This document shows positions 10,922 to 21,128 of a stretch of DNA of 64,000 bases, one piece after another. The DNA comes from Spirochaetia bacterium (GTDB lineage Bacteria > Spirochaetota > Spirochaetia > WTKD01 > G963693115): positions 915,271 through 979,270 of the forward strand of contig OZ244590.1 in assembly GCA_965218205.1 (NCBI GenBank). Reading direction: 5' to 3'. The notes beneath the pieces were generated by a model that saw only the letters and a program-made list of their open reading frames with translations, was not told the origin of the DNA and did no database searches. Positions within the stretch are counted from its first letter, which is position 1, and each line of letters starts with the position of its first letter. The translations under genes and the position numbers were made by a program.

Positions 10922-11706
10922 GATTAAATATACTTACTGTAGTGGGCTTATTGTCGGTGTGGGGGGTAATAATAGTTGGTATATTATTTGCCGGAGTAGG
11001 AATTTTTCCTTTTATAAGTATGTCTTCTCTTTTTATTATTTTTGGAGGCATTATAACAACACTGATGATAGCTGCTCCAAAAGGATTTATACGTAATATA
11101 TATGTATATCTTCGTATATGTCTGTCAAATACAGATTTTAATAAAATTGAAACTATTGATTTACTGGTAAACCTTTCTAACAAAGCAAGAAGAGATGGAT
11201 TACTTGCTCTTGAAGATAATTTAGCTGATATAGAAAATCAGCATATGCGTAAAGGAATACAAATGGTTATTGATGGAACTGATCCTACTATTATTAAACG
11301 TACTCTTTTAATAGAGCAAGATGAGGTTCATTCTCGACATGAAAAAGTACAGAATACATTTGTGTTTTTAGAAAAAATTTCTCCTGCACTTGGTCTGATT
11401 GGAACTGTTATTGGTCTTGTTGCACTCTTAGGTAATATTGGAGGAGATCCTGCTTCTATTGGTTTGGGTATGCAAACTGCTCTTGTTACTACATTGTACG
11501 GATCTTTGCTTGCAAATGTATTTTTTGCTCCTATTCGTAACAGATTAATAGAACATGATATAGAAGAATTTCTTGTTTACGATATAATTTTAGAAGGGGT
11601 GCTTGGAATACAAGCTGGAGATAACCCTCGTATATTGAAAGATAGATTGCATGCTTTTCTTAGCAATGAAGAAAAGGAAAAAGTATACATAGATGAGGAG
11701 CGATAA
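10918..11706 (+). CDS. motA: flagellar motor stator protein MotA
   Basis: 262 aa, four TM segments. Conserved C-terminal MotA/TolQ/ExbB channel region (...ALVTTLYGSLLANVFFAPI...). Confidence 0.9.
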   Translation: MRLNILTVVGLLSVWGVIIVGILFAGVGIFPFISMSSLFIIFGGIITTLMIAAPKGFIRNIYVYLRICLSNTDFNKIETIDLLVNLSNKARRDGLLALEDNLADIENQHMRKGIQMVIDGTDPTIIKRTLLIEQDEVHSRHEKVQNTFVFLEKISPALGLIGTVIGLVALLGNIGGDPASIGLGMQTALVTTLYGSLLANVFFAPIRNRLIEHDIEEFLVYDIILEGVLGIQAGDNPRILKDRLHAFLSNEEKEKVYIDEER

Positions 11707-11709
11707 TAT

Positions 11710-12453
11710 ATGCCTCAATTAACACAAGAAACTGTACAAAGAAAAAGACAAACAAAAAGAGCTAGTGTTGAAGCTCCATTATGGATGGTAACGTTTGGAG
11801 ATATGACAACATTATTGCTTACCTTTTTTATTATTCTTCTCACTGCAGCAAAAATTGATGGACATGAATTAAAGATAATTCTCTCTAATTTTCCAGGGTT
11901 AGATAGGTTGCTTACAGGAACTACCCTTGTAGAAGGTCCTCTTACGAGTCAAAGTATACTATTGGAATCTTCAGTGTCAAATGTTATTGAAACTGCCCTT
12001 AATGCAGTAGAAAAGGATCTTACAGGATTTTTTGAAGATTTTGATCAAGATACAGTACAGTTATCAAGCAATGAGAGAGGTTTAGTAATATCTCTTGCTT
12101 CTGATTATTTCTTTGAGCGTTATTCAGCAAAAGTTAATGTACTAAACTATGGAGATTTGTTGAGAAAAATAGCCCAAGTGTTACAAAATTTTGCCCAAGA
12201 AGGAGGGCTTTTTAGAGTGGAAGGACATGCCGATGAAACTAATTTTCCACTTGGATTACAGTTTGATGATGTATGGGAATTATCGTCTGCGAGAGCTGTA
12301 TCTATTATACAGATTTTAGAAAAATATTTGGTCCCATTAGGAAATGCCCATGTGTCAGGCTATGGAAACACAAAACCATTTATTAATCAAGAAAATGATA
12401 GTATATTTAATAGAAGAGTAGATATTATTCTTCTTAATGAAGGAAACTTATAA
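11710..12453 (+). CDS. motB: flagellar motor stator protein MotB (OmpA-like C-terminus)
   Basis: 247 aa. N-terminal plug/TM segment (WMVTFGDMTTLLLTFFIIL) and an OmpA-like peptidoglycan-binding end (VEGHADE...NWELSSARA...RRVDIIL). Confidence 0.88.
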   Translation: MPQLTQETVQRKRQTKRASVEAPLWMVTFGDMTTLLLTFFIILLTAAKIDGHELKIILSNFPGLDRLLTGTTLVEGPLTSQSILLESSVSNVIETALNAVEKDLTGFFEDFDQDTVQLSSNERGLVISLASDYFFERYSAKVNVLNYGDLLRKIAQVLQNFAQEGGLFRVEGHADETNFPLGLQFDDVWELSSARAVSIIQILEKYLVPLGNAHVSGYGNTKPFINQENDSIFNRRVDIILLNEGNL

Positions 12454-12477
12454 TTGTTATAATGTGAGGGGTATAAT

Positions 12478-13032
12478 ATGGCTGAAGAACAAAAAGTAAC
12501 GAATGTGCCTACAGTAGGCGAAGAAGATGAAAAAAACAAAAAAGGAGGAGTGTATAAGTTTATATTGATTGTATTACGATATTTGCTTATTCTTCTTATT
12601 TTATCTATTTTTATTGTCACCATTACTGTATTAACGGTGAGAACCCTCCAAGATCAGTATAGAATAACTAATAATGCTACATCATTTAATATGGATCTTA
12701 CTCAAAATATTCCTGAAGAGCTGGCTTGGTTTCAGCAATTAGGGGAAATTCGAGGTAATTTACGTGATAACGTCAATAAAAAAGTATTCATTACAGATAT
12801 TTTTTTAGGATACCCTATTGATGATCAATTAGCTGCACAGGAATTATTGAGAAAAAATGTACAGATTCGTGAACGTGTAACACTATATTTTTCTTCAAGA
12901 TATAGTAATGAAGTTGAAGGCAACACCAATTTTGTGAAAATGAAAATTGAACTTAAAGAGTTGATAAATAGAATACTCAATAATAAGATTCGTGAGGTAG
13001 CATTTAATAATTTCCAAATTGTATCGTTTTAA
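12478..13032 (+). CDS. fliL: flagellar basal body-associated protein FliL
   Basis: 184 aa, single N-terminal TM after a charged leader. It lies between motB and fliM. Confidence 0.75.
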   Translation: MAEEQKVTNVPTVGEEDEKNKKGGVYKFILIVLRYLLILLILSIFIVTITVLTVRTLQDQYRITNNATSFNMDLTQNIPEELAWFQQLGEIRGNLRDNVNKKVFITDIFLGYPIDDQLAAQELLRKNVQIRERVTLYFSSRYSNEVEGNTNFVKMKIELKELINRILNNKIREVAFNNFQIVSF

Positions 13033-13081
13033 TATTGATTAAAAATCTCTTTGATGTTATACTAGTGTCAAGGGGGGATTT

Positions 13082-14143
13082 TTGACAGAAATATTATCTC
13101 GTAGCGAAGTAGATCAGCTTTTATCTTCAATTGAAGAAATAGACTCTGCACTTGAGAAGGAAAAACAGACTTCTCAGGCCACTGACTCTATTATTCAAAA
13201 GAGAATACAGCTCTATGATTTTCGTCACCCTGATCGTTTCTCAAAAGAACAGTTACGCACTATTGAAATAATGCATGAGACATTTGCTCGATTAGTAACT
13301 AATAACTTTAGTACTCAACTTCGAACGCTTGTTTCTGTACAAATTGCCTCAGTAAGTCAGATTACCTATGAAGAATTTGTAAAAACAGTTGCTAACCCCA
13401 CTTTGTTTGCAGTCATTGATATGCGCCCTTTTTCTGGTTCGGCTATGATTGAGATTACTCCTTCTATTACCTTTACTATTATGGAGATATTATTTGGTGG
13501 TGAGGGAGGCTCACTGTTTAATAGAGAATTAACAGAGATTGAACAAGCAGTGGCTGAAAATATTATAGAGGGCATGCTGGAGTATTTTAGGGAAACATGG
13601 AAAAAAATTATCAACCTTCGCCCGCATTTACTCAATATTGAAACAAACCCAAATCTTGTACAAGTGGTGCCTCCTAATGAAATGATGCTTCTTATCATAT
13701 GTAATTGTAAAATCAATAATATTGATGGGCTTATCAATATTGCTATCCCTTATATTACTATAGAACCTATTGTGTCTAAATTATCAGCTCAAACATGGTA
13801 CGCAGTAGATATTTCTGGTGATCATGATGAGCAAGTAAAAGAAACATTGATGACTACCATGACAGAAGTAGAAATGGATATTACAGCAGTGATAGGAAAA
13901 GTGAATCTTAATATAGATGAAATTTTATCTTTGAAAAAAGGGGATGTTGTAATGTTAGATGCTGCTAAATACACTGATCCTATTTCTCTCTTTGTTGGTG
14001 ATATTGAAAGATTTCGTGTTATTCCTGGAAAAAAAGCTAATCGTTTAGCTGTTAAAATTATTGATAATTTGAAAGAATCTGATAAATATGAAGATACTAC
14101 ATATCCTTATCAAGGAAAAAATAAATTGGAGGACATAGAGTGA
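13082..14143 (+). CDS. fliM: flagellar motor switch protein FliM
   Basis: 353 aa. TTG start 4 nt after a G6 SD. N-terminal CheY-P-binding-type peptide LSRSEVDQLL, FliM middle domain and a SpoA-like C-terminus. Confidence 0.9.
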   Translation: MTEILSRSEVDQLLSSIEEIDSALEKEKQTSQATDSIIQKRIQLYDFRHPDRFSKEQLRTIEIMHETFARLVTNNFSTQLRTLVSVQIASVSQITYEEFVKTVANPTLFAVIDMRPFSGSAMIEITPSITFTIMEILFGGEGGSLFNRELTEIEQAVAENIIEGMLEYFRETWKKIINLRPHLLNIETNPNLVQVVPPNEMMLLIICNCKINNIDGLINIAIPYITIEPIVSKLSAQTWYAVDISGDHDEQVKETLMTTMTEVEMDITAVIGKVNLNIDEILSLKKGDVVMLDAAKYTDPISLFVGDIERFRVIPGKKANRLAVKIIDNLKESDKYEDTTYPYQGKNKLEDIE

Positions 14144-15255
14144 GTGAAAAAATATCTTTATCTCAAGAAGAAATGAATTCATTATTTGGTGATTCATCTA
14201 CTGCTGGTAGTACTCGGAACGAAGTGAGTTCTGGGGAATTTTCAATATTAAAAGAAGCTATTACTTCTTCTGTGTCTAATGTAAAAGGTACTCTTTCTAG
14301 TAAACTTGATGAAGAAGTAGAATGTTCTGTGTCTGAACCAGAGATAATAAATGGTTTACAAATTTCTGAGAAACAGGAAAGTTATGTGGTTGATAGCAAC
14401 TTTACCAATAATGGTAGCTGTATGCATTATTTTGTATATCCTTCTGAAGTTGCGTTTAACCTTGCAAAGAAATATTCGGGATTAGATGATATTACTAATT
14501 CTCTTGATGAAGTACGTCCTCATATTTATGAGGTTACTGAACTAGTATTACAAGATATAGCGAGTGAACTAAACAGAGGGTTTCAAGCTCACTTAAATGA
14601 AGTTCGTTATACAAGCGATATACATGAAATTGATCCTAATTCACGCTATATTCGTTTTACATGGACAGTAGGAAATGTTCATTTTTATGAATTTTTTCAT
14701 ATAACAGTGTTAAATTTATTACAGCCTACTCATGCCAAAGAAGATACATCAGGTACTAATGGTAAATTAAATGATGAAAATAATGTATCTGATACTATTG
14801 AAGATATTTCTTCTTTGTTTAATTCTGATACTGATGATTCTGATACTACTTTTTCTTCATTTTTAGGAAACTCTTCGGACGGAAACTCTGAATCTATAGC
14901 TTCACTTGGTGAAGAGCTATTAAAGGATAGCCAGAGTGTATCAAATGTTTCTTTACCTGATTTAGGGGAAAGTACTGCACCAACAAGTACTGTAAAGCAA
15001 GAGATGGATATTTTATTTGGGGTGAGTATGGAACTCACCGTAGAGCTAGGGAACGCTCGTATGCGATTAGAGGAAATATTAGAATTGAATAGAGGTTCTA
15101 TTATTGAGCTAAGAAAACTTGCTGGAGAACCACTTGATATAAAGATAAATAATAAACTTATTGCAAAAGGAGAAGTGGTTGTTATTGATGAGAATTTTGG
15201 AGTAAGGATTATTGAAATAATATCACCGAAAGACAGGATGAAAGAAATGAATTAA
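14140..15255 (+). CDS. fliN: flagellar motor switch protein FliN/FliY family (long form)
   Basis: 371 aa. GTG start overlaps the fliM stop. The N-terminus carries LSQEEMNSLF. The C-terminal SpoA/FliN domain is ...ELTVELGNARMRLEEILELNRGSIIEL...KGEVVVIDENFGVRIIEI. An acidic S/D/T-rich linker sits between them. Confidence 0.85.
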   Translation: MSEKISLSQEEMNSLFGDSSTAGSTRNEVSSGEFSILKEAITSSVSNVKGTLSSKLDEEVECSVSEPEIINGLQISEKQESYVVDSNFTNNGSCMHYFVYPSEVAFNLAKKYSGLDDITNSLDEVRPHIYEVTELVLQDIASELNRGFQAHLNEVRYTSDIHEIDPNSRYIRFTWTVGNVHFYEFFHITVLNLLQPTHAKEDTSGTNGKLNDENNVSDTIEDISSLFNSDTDDSDTTFSSFLGNSSDGNSESIASLGEELLKDSQSVSNVSLPDLGESTAPTSTVKQEMDILFGVSMELTVELGNARMRLEEILELNRGSIIELRKLAGEPLDIKINNKLIAKGEVVVIDENFGVRIIEIISPKDRMKEMN

Positions 15256-15331
15256 TAATTGTGAAAGGGAGGGGACAATTTCTTTTAATACATTTACTAC
15301 ATTTTTATTTTTTCTCAGCTTTTTTACCTCT

Positions 15332-15955
15332 GTGTTGCTTTCTCAAGAAGTAGTAGAAGAAAGTATAGAGAGCGAAAATAATCAAGAGCTAAATTCTTCG
15401 CAAATAATAGAAACAGAAAATCAGTTGACGTTTGGAACTCCTGAAGAAACTGAAGAAATATCAGTCTCTTCAATAGGATTTTTAGATATGCTTCGTATTT
15501 TTTTTATTCTCGCTATTATTATTGCGATAGCGTATTGTATTATTTGGGTATTAAAAAGAATTCAAAATAAATCGTTAGTCAATTCGGGAAGTATTGAAAT
15601 TCTTTCAACACAGTCTTTACAGCAAGGAAATATGCTGTATATTGTAAAAACTGGAACATCGTATTTTTTACTAGGAGCTACATCACAATCTATTTCAACT
15701 ATTAAAGAATTTTCAAAAAAAGAAGAAAAGGATGAGTTATTATTATCTTTATCAGTCAATGAGGCTCAATCATCAACAGAAACAAAGACTTTCTTCTCAA
15801 TACTAAAGAAGGCTTTTACACATATCATAAACAATGATAAAAATCAGAAAAGAATAAAAAAAGATATACATTCTGGTACTAATGGTTCTGTTGCAAACGC
15901 ACTTGATTCTCTTCAAAAAAATGCTAAGAGAGGAGAAACATTAAATGGCAAATAA
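15332..15955 (+). CDS. fliO: flagellar biosynthesis protein FliO/FliZ-like
   Basis: 207 aa from the track's GTG, with one TM (FFILAIIIAIAYCIIWVL), directly upstream of fliP. The real start is probably upstream at ATT 15278, which follows a strong SD (see findings). Confidence 0.6.
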   Translation: MLLSQEVVEESIESENNQELNSSQIIETENQLTFGTPEETEEISVSSIGFLDMLRIFFILAIIIAIAYCIIWVLKRIQNKSLVNSGSIEILSTQSLQQGNMLYIVKTGTSYFLLGATSQSISTIKEFSKKEEKDELLLSLSVNEAQSSTETKTFFSILKKAFTHIINNDKNQKRIKKDIHSGTNGSVANALDSLQKNAKRGETLNGK

Positions 15956-16754
15956 AAGATATTTCTTTCTCTTGTTGTTTTTTATTTTTGTGATACCTTC
16001 TCTTTTTTCACAGGATGCAGTAGAATTATCAGAACAAACATTACAAGAATCGCAGCTAGAAGGACTTACTATCCCTTTTATAAACTTAAATGTTCGAGGT
16101 GCTCAAGATGGTGGAGAAGTAGCTCTCTCAGTGCAGCTTATCTTGTTGCTTGCGGTACTGTCTTTGTCTCCTGCCATTTTGATTCTTATGACCTCTTTTT
16201 TGCGTATAGTTATTGTGCTTTCTTTTATTCAACAAGCGTTAGGAACACAGCAGATTCCTCCTCGTCAAATACTTATTGGTTTAGCTATTTTTCTTACACT
16301 TTTTATCATGTGGCCTGTAATGCAAGAAATAAATGAAAAAGCAATACAACCTTTATCGGAAGGTTCTCTCAGTTTTTCGGAAGCATATCCAGAATTTATA
16401 TCTCCACTACGAGTGTTTATGTATAGACAAATGCAAAATGATCCCAACAATATACGATTGTTTATGAGGATGTCAGGTTTAGATGCTCCACAGACTTTGG
16501 CTGATGTTCCTAGTTATGTGTTAGTTCCTGCTTTTGTATTGCATGAGTTAGTTATTGCATTTAAGATGAGTATCCTGCTGTTTATTCCTTTTGTCATTAT
16601 TGACATTGTAGTGGCATCTGTGACAATGTCTATGGGGATGATATTGTTGCCTCCTATTCTTGTCTCTCTTCCGATTAAGTTGGCATTATTTGTGCTGGTA
16701 AATGGGTGGGAGCTAATTATGCAACAACTAATTTTTAGTTTTGGAGGACGCTGA
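15945..16754 (+). CDS. fliP: flagellar type III export pore protein FliP
   Basis: 269 aa with a signal sequence plus multi-TM. Conserved FliP blocks are present (...SFLRIVIVLSFIQQALGTQQIPP..., ...AFKMSILLFIPFVIIDIVVASV...). Confidence 0.93.
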   Translation: MANKRYFFLLLFFIFVIPSLFSQDAVELSEQTLQESQLEGLTIPFINLNVRGAQDGGEVALSVQLILLLAVLSLSPAILILMTSFLRIVIVLSFIQQALGTQQIPPRQILIGLAIFLTLFIMWPVMQEINEKAIQPLSEGSLSFSEAYPEFISPLRVFMYRQMQNDPNNIRLFMRMSGLDAPQTLADVPSYVLVPAFVLHELVIAFKMSILLFIPFVIIDIVVASVTMSMGMILLPPILVSLPIKLALFVLVNGWELIMQQLIFSFGGR

Positions 16755-17017
16755 TGGATTTAGGACAATTTTTATCTATATTACAATCAAGTTTGATAGA
16801 AATTCTTATTCTCTCTGGTCCAGTGTTGCTGGTATCGGTAGTATTAGGGTTAATTATTTCTATACTGCAAGCTATAACATCTATTCAAGAACAAACATTG
16901 ACATTTGTGCCAAAGATATTGGGTATCTTAATACTGTTATTATTTCTTGGCCCATTTTTTGCTAATCGTATGTTAAACTTTACTTCAGAATTATGGGGAC
17001 AATTAATACGAGTATAA
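16754..17017 (+). CDS. fliQ: flagellar export protein FliQ
   Basis: 87 aa, two TM segments. ATGA-type overlap with the fliP stop. Confidence 0.9.
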   Translation: MDLGQFLSILQSSLIEILILSGPVLLVSVVLGLIISILQAITSIQEQTLTFVPKILGILILLLFLGPFFANRMLNFTSELWGQLIRV

Positions 17018-17045
17018 GCGTGAGAATAAAAGGTGCATAGGTAGT

Positions 17046-17825
17046 ATGTTAAATATTGTAAGTGATCAAATAACTCTTATTATTCTCTTTAGTATTAGAG
17101 TACTTGTAATACTCTCTTTTGTTCCAGTACTCTCTGGAGAACAATCTCCTGTTTTTATTCGCATAGTACTGGCATTTCTTACGGTATTTTCACTGCAGCA
17201 ATTTATTCCTGCTGATCTTATGCAAGTGCCTCAAACGGCATATGCATTTCTTTTTATGATTTTTGGAGAAGCCCTTATTGGTGCACTTATTGGCTTTTTT
17301 GTACGTCTTGTATTTCTTATGTTAAGCATACTGTCAGAGTTTTTTACAACACAGATGGGGCTTCGTGCAGCACAGATTGTAAATCCAATTACTCAAACAG
17401 AAACAGTTATCATTCAGCAGTTTATATCGTTTTTGGTACTCATTGTATTTTTATCATCTTTTACTTTACAGAAAATATTTTTCTATGGAATTCTTCAAAG
17501 TTTTTATACATTAAGTGCAGAAAAGATTTTTGCTATGGGACAAGAATCGTTTCTTTTTATTTTTGCTGCCTTTTTTACGGTGTTTCAGCGTTCTTTTTTA
17601 ATTGCTTTTCCTATTTTTGCTGCATTATTTTTAGTAAATATTGGGCTTGGTCTTGTTGGGAAAGTAGCCCCACAGATGAATGTACTTATTCTTGGAATAC
17701 CTATTCAGATTGCAGTTGGTTTTATAATGTTAATTATTTTTATTCCCAATATAGTGCATGGTATAGAAATAGTATTTGATTGGACTTTTGAACATTTACG
17801 ACTTTTGGTAGGAGTAAGAAGGTAG
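17046..17825 (+). CDS. fliR: flagellar export protein FliR
   Basis: 259 aa polytopic membrane protein between fliQ and flhB. Confidence 0.88.
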   Translation: MLNIVSDQITLIILFSIRVLVILSFVPVLSGEQSPVFIRIVLAFLTVFSLQQFIPADLMQVPQTAYAFLFMIFGEALIGALIGFFVRLVFLMLSILSEFFTTQMGLRAAQIVNPITQTETVIIQQFISFLVLIVFLSSFTLQKIFFYGILQSFYTLSAEKIFAMGQESFLFIFAAFFTVFQRSFLIAFPIFAALFLVNIGLGLVGKVAPQMNVLILGIPIQIAVGFIMLIIFIPNIVHGIEIVFDWTFEHLRLLVGVRR

Positions 17826-18976
17826 TGAAAAAAGTAGACATATACACTGATAATCATTCTTTTCTTGGCTCGTATGTTGATACATTGCATATACATTTAC
17901 AGTGGTTTGCAGCAGAAGATGAAGGGAGAAGTTTTGATCCTACTCAACAAAAAATTCGTGAAGCAAGAAAAGAAGGAAGAGTTGCTAAGTCAAATGAAAT
18001 TCCTTCTGCCTTAGTCTTATTAGCTGGGCTAGGTATTTTATGGGGGTTTAGTTCGTATTATGCTACTACTTTGCAAGATATATTTCGTTTCTATGTACAA
18101 AAAACAGGTAATGCTTCTTCTGTTGTTGTAACTACAGAAATTGCACAGTCGATACAGTATGTGTTTCGTCTTTTGTTGCCGATAGCTTTTGCTGTATTTT
18201 GTATAGCAATTTTTGGTAACATTATTCAGTTTGGTGTACTGTTTAGTGTCAAAGCTATAAATCCAAAATGGTCAAAAATAAATTTTAATCTTTCAAAATG
18301 GATAGAAAAATCTATTTCTAAGCAAGGATGGTATGTTTTAGGAACTTCTTTGTTTAAGATTGCTTTAATTTCTTTTATTGTGTTTCTTAATGTTAGAATG
18401 CATTTTAGTAATTTTATTGGCTTTAGCTCAAATTCTTTTCAAAATAATGTAATATATATTTCGCAGCTTATTGCACAGATTATTATTCAAAGTGGTATTG
18501 CTCTGCTTATATTAGGAATTTTAGATTTTCGTTTTCAGTCTTATATGTTTAAGGATCAGCTAAAAATGACAAAAGAAGAATTGAAGAAAGAATTTAAAGA
18601 AACAGAAGGAGATCCAGAGATAAAAAAAAGAATAAAGAGTCGTATGCAAGAATATTTAAGCAGAAATATGCCAGAGCAACTGAGTCAATCAGATGTAGTA
18701 ATTACTAACCCTACTCATTTTGCTGTAGCGTTGAAATATGATATGAATACTATGGAAGCTCCACAAGTAATGGCAAAAGGGGTAGACAGTATAGCAAGAA
18801 GAATACGGATACTTGCTGCAGAGTACGATGTCCCTATTATTGAAAATAAGCCTCTTGCACGAGCATTGTATGCTGACCTTGAAATAGGTGATGTTATTCC
18901 TGAAAAGTATTTTCGTGCTGTAGTATTGGTGTTTAGAGAGGTATATACATTAAAGGGAGTACAAATTAATGAATAG
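17825..18976 (+). CDS. flhB: flagellar export switch protein FlhB
   Basis: 383 aa. GTG start overlaps the fliR stop. N-terminal LQWFAAEDEGRSFDPTQQKIREARKEGRVAKS and the autocleavage motif NPTH (VVITNPTHFAVAL). Confidence 0.9.
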   Translation: MKKVDIYTDNHSFLGSYVDTLHIHLQWFAAEDEGRSFDPTQQKIREARKEGRVAKSNEIPSALVLLAGLGILWGFSSYYATTLQDIFRFYVQKTGNASSVVVTTEIAQSIQYVFRLLLPIAFAVFCIAIFGNIIQFGVLFSVKAINPKWSKINFNLSKWIEKSISKQGWYVLGTSLFKIALISFIVFLNVRMHFSNFIGFSSNSFQNNVIYISQLIAQIIIQSGIALLILGILDFRFQSYMFKDQLKMTKEELKKEFKETEGDPEIKKRIKSRMQEYLSRNMPEQLSQSDVVITNPTHFAVALKYDMNTMEAPQVMAKGVDSIARRIRILAAEYDVPIIENKPLARALYADLEIGDVIPEKYFRAVVLVFREVYTLKGVQINE

Positions 18977-21086
18977 AATATTACAATGGATACAGAGTAA
19001 TTTCTTTAAAAAAATAGGAGACTATGGTTTTGTAGCAGGAATTCTTATTGTCATGATGATGATTATTCCTTTGCCTACTGTTCTACTTGATTTTTTTATG
19101 ATATTAAATTTATTGCTAAGTATTATCATTATTCTTAATATACTCAATATTACCTCGCCTTTAGCTATCTCATCGTTTCCTACATTGTTGCTTTTTTCTA
19201 CTGTATTTTCTTTGGCATTGAATGTGTCATCTACGCGTCTTATTTTATCGCAAGGAGAATTGTTTGATGGAAAAATTGTACGGGCTTTTGGTACCTTTGT
19301 TGTCGGAACAAGTAGTATTGAAGGCTTAGTTATAGGTCCAATTATCTTTATTATTATTATGATTGTACAGTTCATTGTTATTACTCGGGGAGCCTCTCGG
19401 GTTGCCGAAGTTTCTGCACGCTTTACTCTTGATTCTATGCCTGGAAAGCAGATGGCAATAGAGGCTGAGTTTAACTCTGGTGCTATAAGTGAAGAGGAGC
19501 TTATTCAAAAAAGAAAGGATTTACAAAGAGAAAGTGATTTTTATGGATCAATGGATGGAGCGTCTAAGTTTATTTCTGGAAATATTATAGCGGGGTTTAT
19601 CATTACCTTTATAAACATAGCTGGTGGGCTAATTGTTGGGGTTTTAGTACGTGGTGAACAAATTAGTACTGCAGCAGTAAACTATATACAATTAACTATT
19701 GGGGACGGTTTAGTTTCTCAATTACCAGCGTTACTCATATCAACAGCATCAGGGGTTATTGTTACAAAGGTAGCTTCTTCGGGCAGTATTAGTGAAGAAG
19801 TATACAAAGATCTTACCAGTGATACAAAGCTATATTATGTAGCAGGTGCATTGCTTGCTTTTCTTGCATTTCTGCCAGGATTTCCTTGGTATATATTGCT
19901 CCCCCTTGCTGCAGTTCTTATTTTTGCTGCGTATCTTTCAGGAAGAAACAAAAGAAAAGTAGGAGAGAAACAATCTGAGCAAGCTAGCCAAGAAGTAGCA
20001 AGTACAGGACATGTAGAACAACCAAAGTTAGAACCACTAGATCCTATTGCTTTAGAAATTGGATATGATATTGTTCCGCTTGTTCAGGATGATACTGGTA
20101 CTGCAGAACTTTTGAATAGAATTACAAGTATTCGAAGAGAGGTAGGAGTAAAACTTGGGTTTGTCATACCGCTTATTCGTATTGTTGATAATTATCTCTT
20201 AAAACCAAATGAGTATTCTATAAAGTTTAGTGGTATCGAATACGCTCGTGCTACTATTTTTGTAAATAAATTGTTGGCTATTCAAACAGAGAAAGTGTCC
20301 CAAGATACAGAGAATACTCTTATGGGAGAATTAGGAAAAGATCCTGCTTTTGGGTTGCCTGCATATTGGATAGCAGCGGAAGATAAGGCAGAAGCAGAAC
20401 GTTTAGGGTATATGATAGCTGATCCAAACTCGGTTATTTCAACACATATTGCTACTGTTATTGAGACGAATGCCTCTGATCTTTTGAGTAGGCAAGATGT
20501 ATCGAATATGCTTGATGATTTTAAGGAGAGGTATCCTGCTATTGTAAACGATGTAACACAGCATTTATCTATTGGTCAGTTACACCGTGTGTTGCAAAGG
20601 CTGTTAGAAGAAAAAATTTCAATTCGAAATTTGCGTTCAATTTTGGAAACTCTCAGTGATTATGGTGTCTTAACGAAAGATATTTCTTTTCTTGTTGAAA
20701 AAGCACGTCAGTCATTAGCACGTCAAATAACAGCTCAGTATAGTGATAACAATAGTTTTTTATATGTATATTCACTTGATCCAGATATTGAAAGAATATT
20801 GTCTGACACAGAAGAAGGCGGAGGTGCTTTAATGATAGAACCTCAACTACGAACTAAAATAATACAAGCTATTGCAAATGCTTTTTCTTCGGGTTCTCAA
20901 TATAATGGAAGCTCCCCTGTACTAGTAACAAGTGAGTTAGTAAGACCAGTTATATATAAGCTGTTAGCTATGACAGTGAATAGTAAACAATATGTGGTGC
21001 CTGTGTTATCTGTGCTAGAAATTACCAGTAGCTCTCAGGTACAAACATTAGGAGCAATATCATTACAAGAAAAAGAGCTTGTATAA
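18969..21086 (+). CDS. flhA: flagellar export gate protein FlhA
   Basis: 705 aa. FHIPEP-family N-terminal membrane domain (...RFTLDSMPGKQMAIEAEF..., ...IGDGLVSQLPALLISTASG...) and a large cytoplasmic domain. Confidence 0.95.
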   Translation: MNRILQWIQSNFFKKIGDYGFVAGILIVMMMIIPLPTVLLDFFMILNLLLSIIIILNILNITSPLAISSFPTLLLFSTVFSLALNVSSTRLILSQGELFDGKIVRAFGTFVVGTSSIEGLVIGPIIFIIIMIVQFIVITRGASRVAEVSARFTLDSMPGKQMAIEAEFNSGAISEEELIQKRKDLQRESDFYGSMDGASKFISGNIIAGFIITFINIAGGLIVGVLVRGEQISTAAVNYIQLTIGDGLVSQLPALLISTASGVIVTKVASSGSISEEVYKDLTSDTKLYYVAGALLAFLAFLPGFPWYILLPLAAVLIFAAYLSGRNKRKVGEKQSEQASQEVASTGHVEQPKLEPLDPIALEIGYDIVPLVQDDTGTAELLNRITSIRREVGVKLGFVIPLIRIVDNYLLKPNEYSIKFSGIEYARATIFVNKLLAIQTEKVSQDTENTLMGELGKDPAFGLPAYWIAAEDKAEAERLGYMIADPNSVISTHIATVIETNASDLLSRQDVSNMLDDFKERYPAIVNDVTQHLSIGQLHRVLQRLLEEKISIRNLRSILETLSDYGVLTKDISFLVEKARQSLARQITAQYSDNNSFLYVYSLDPDIERILSDTEEGGGALMIEPQLRTKIIQAIANAFSSGSQYNGSSPVLVTSELVRPVIYKLLAMTVNSKQYVVPVLSVLEITSSSQVQTLGAISLQEKELV

Positions 21087-21128
21087 ATTTTGAATACTTT
21101 AATGTATAGAAAAAAATAAGGAGGATAT

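Noticed and set aside
16741-16965. 74-aa ORF overlapping fliQ in another frame. Similar cases are 10890-11096 inside motA and 7816-8019 inside fliK.
   Set aside because: They are fully nested in well-supported flagellar genes, lack SD sequences and have implausible composition.
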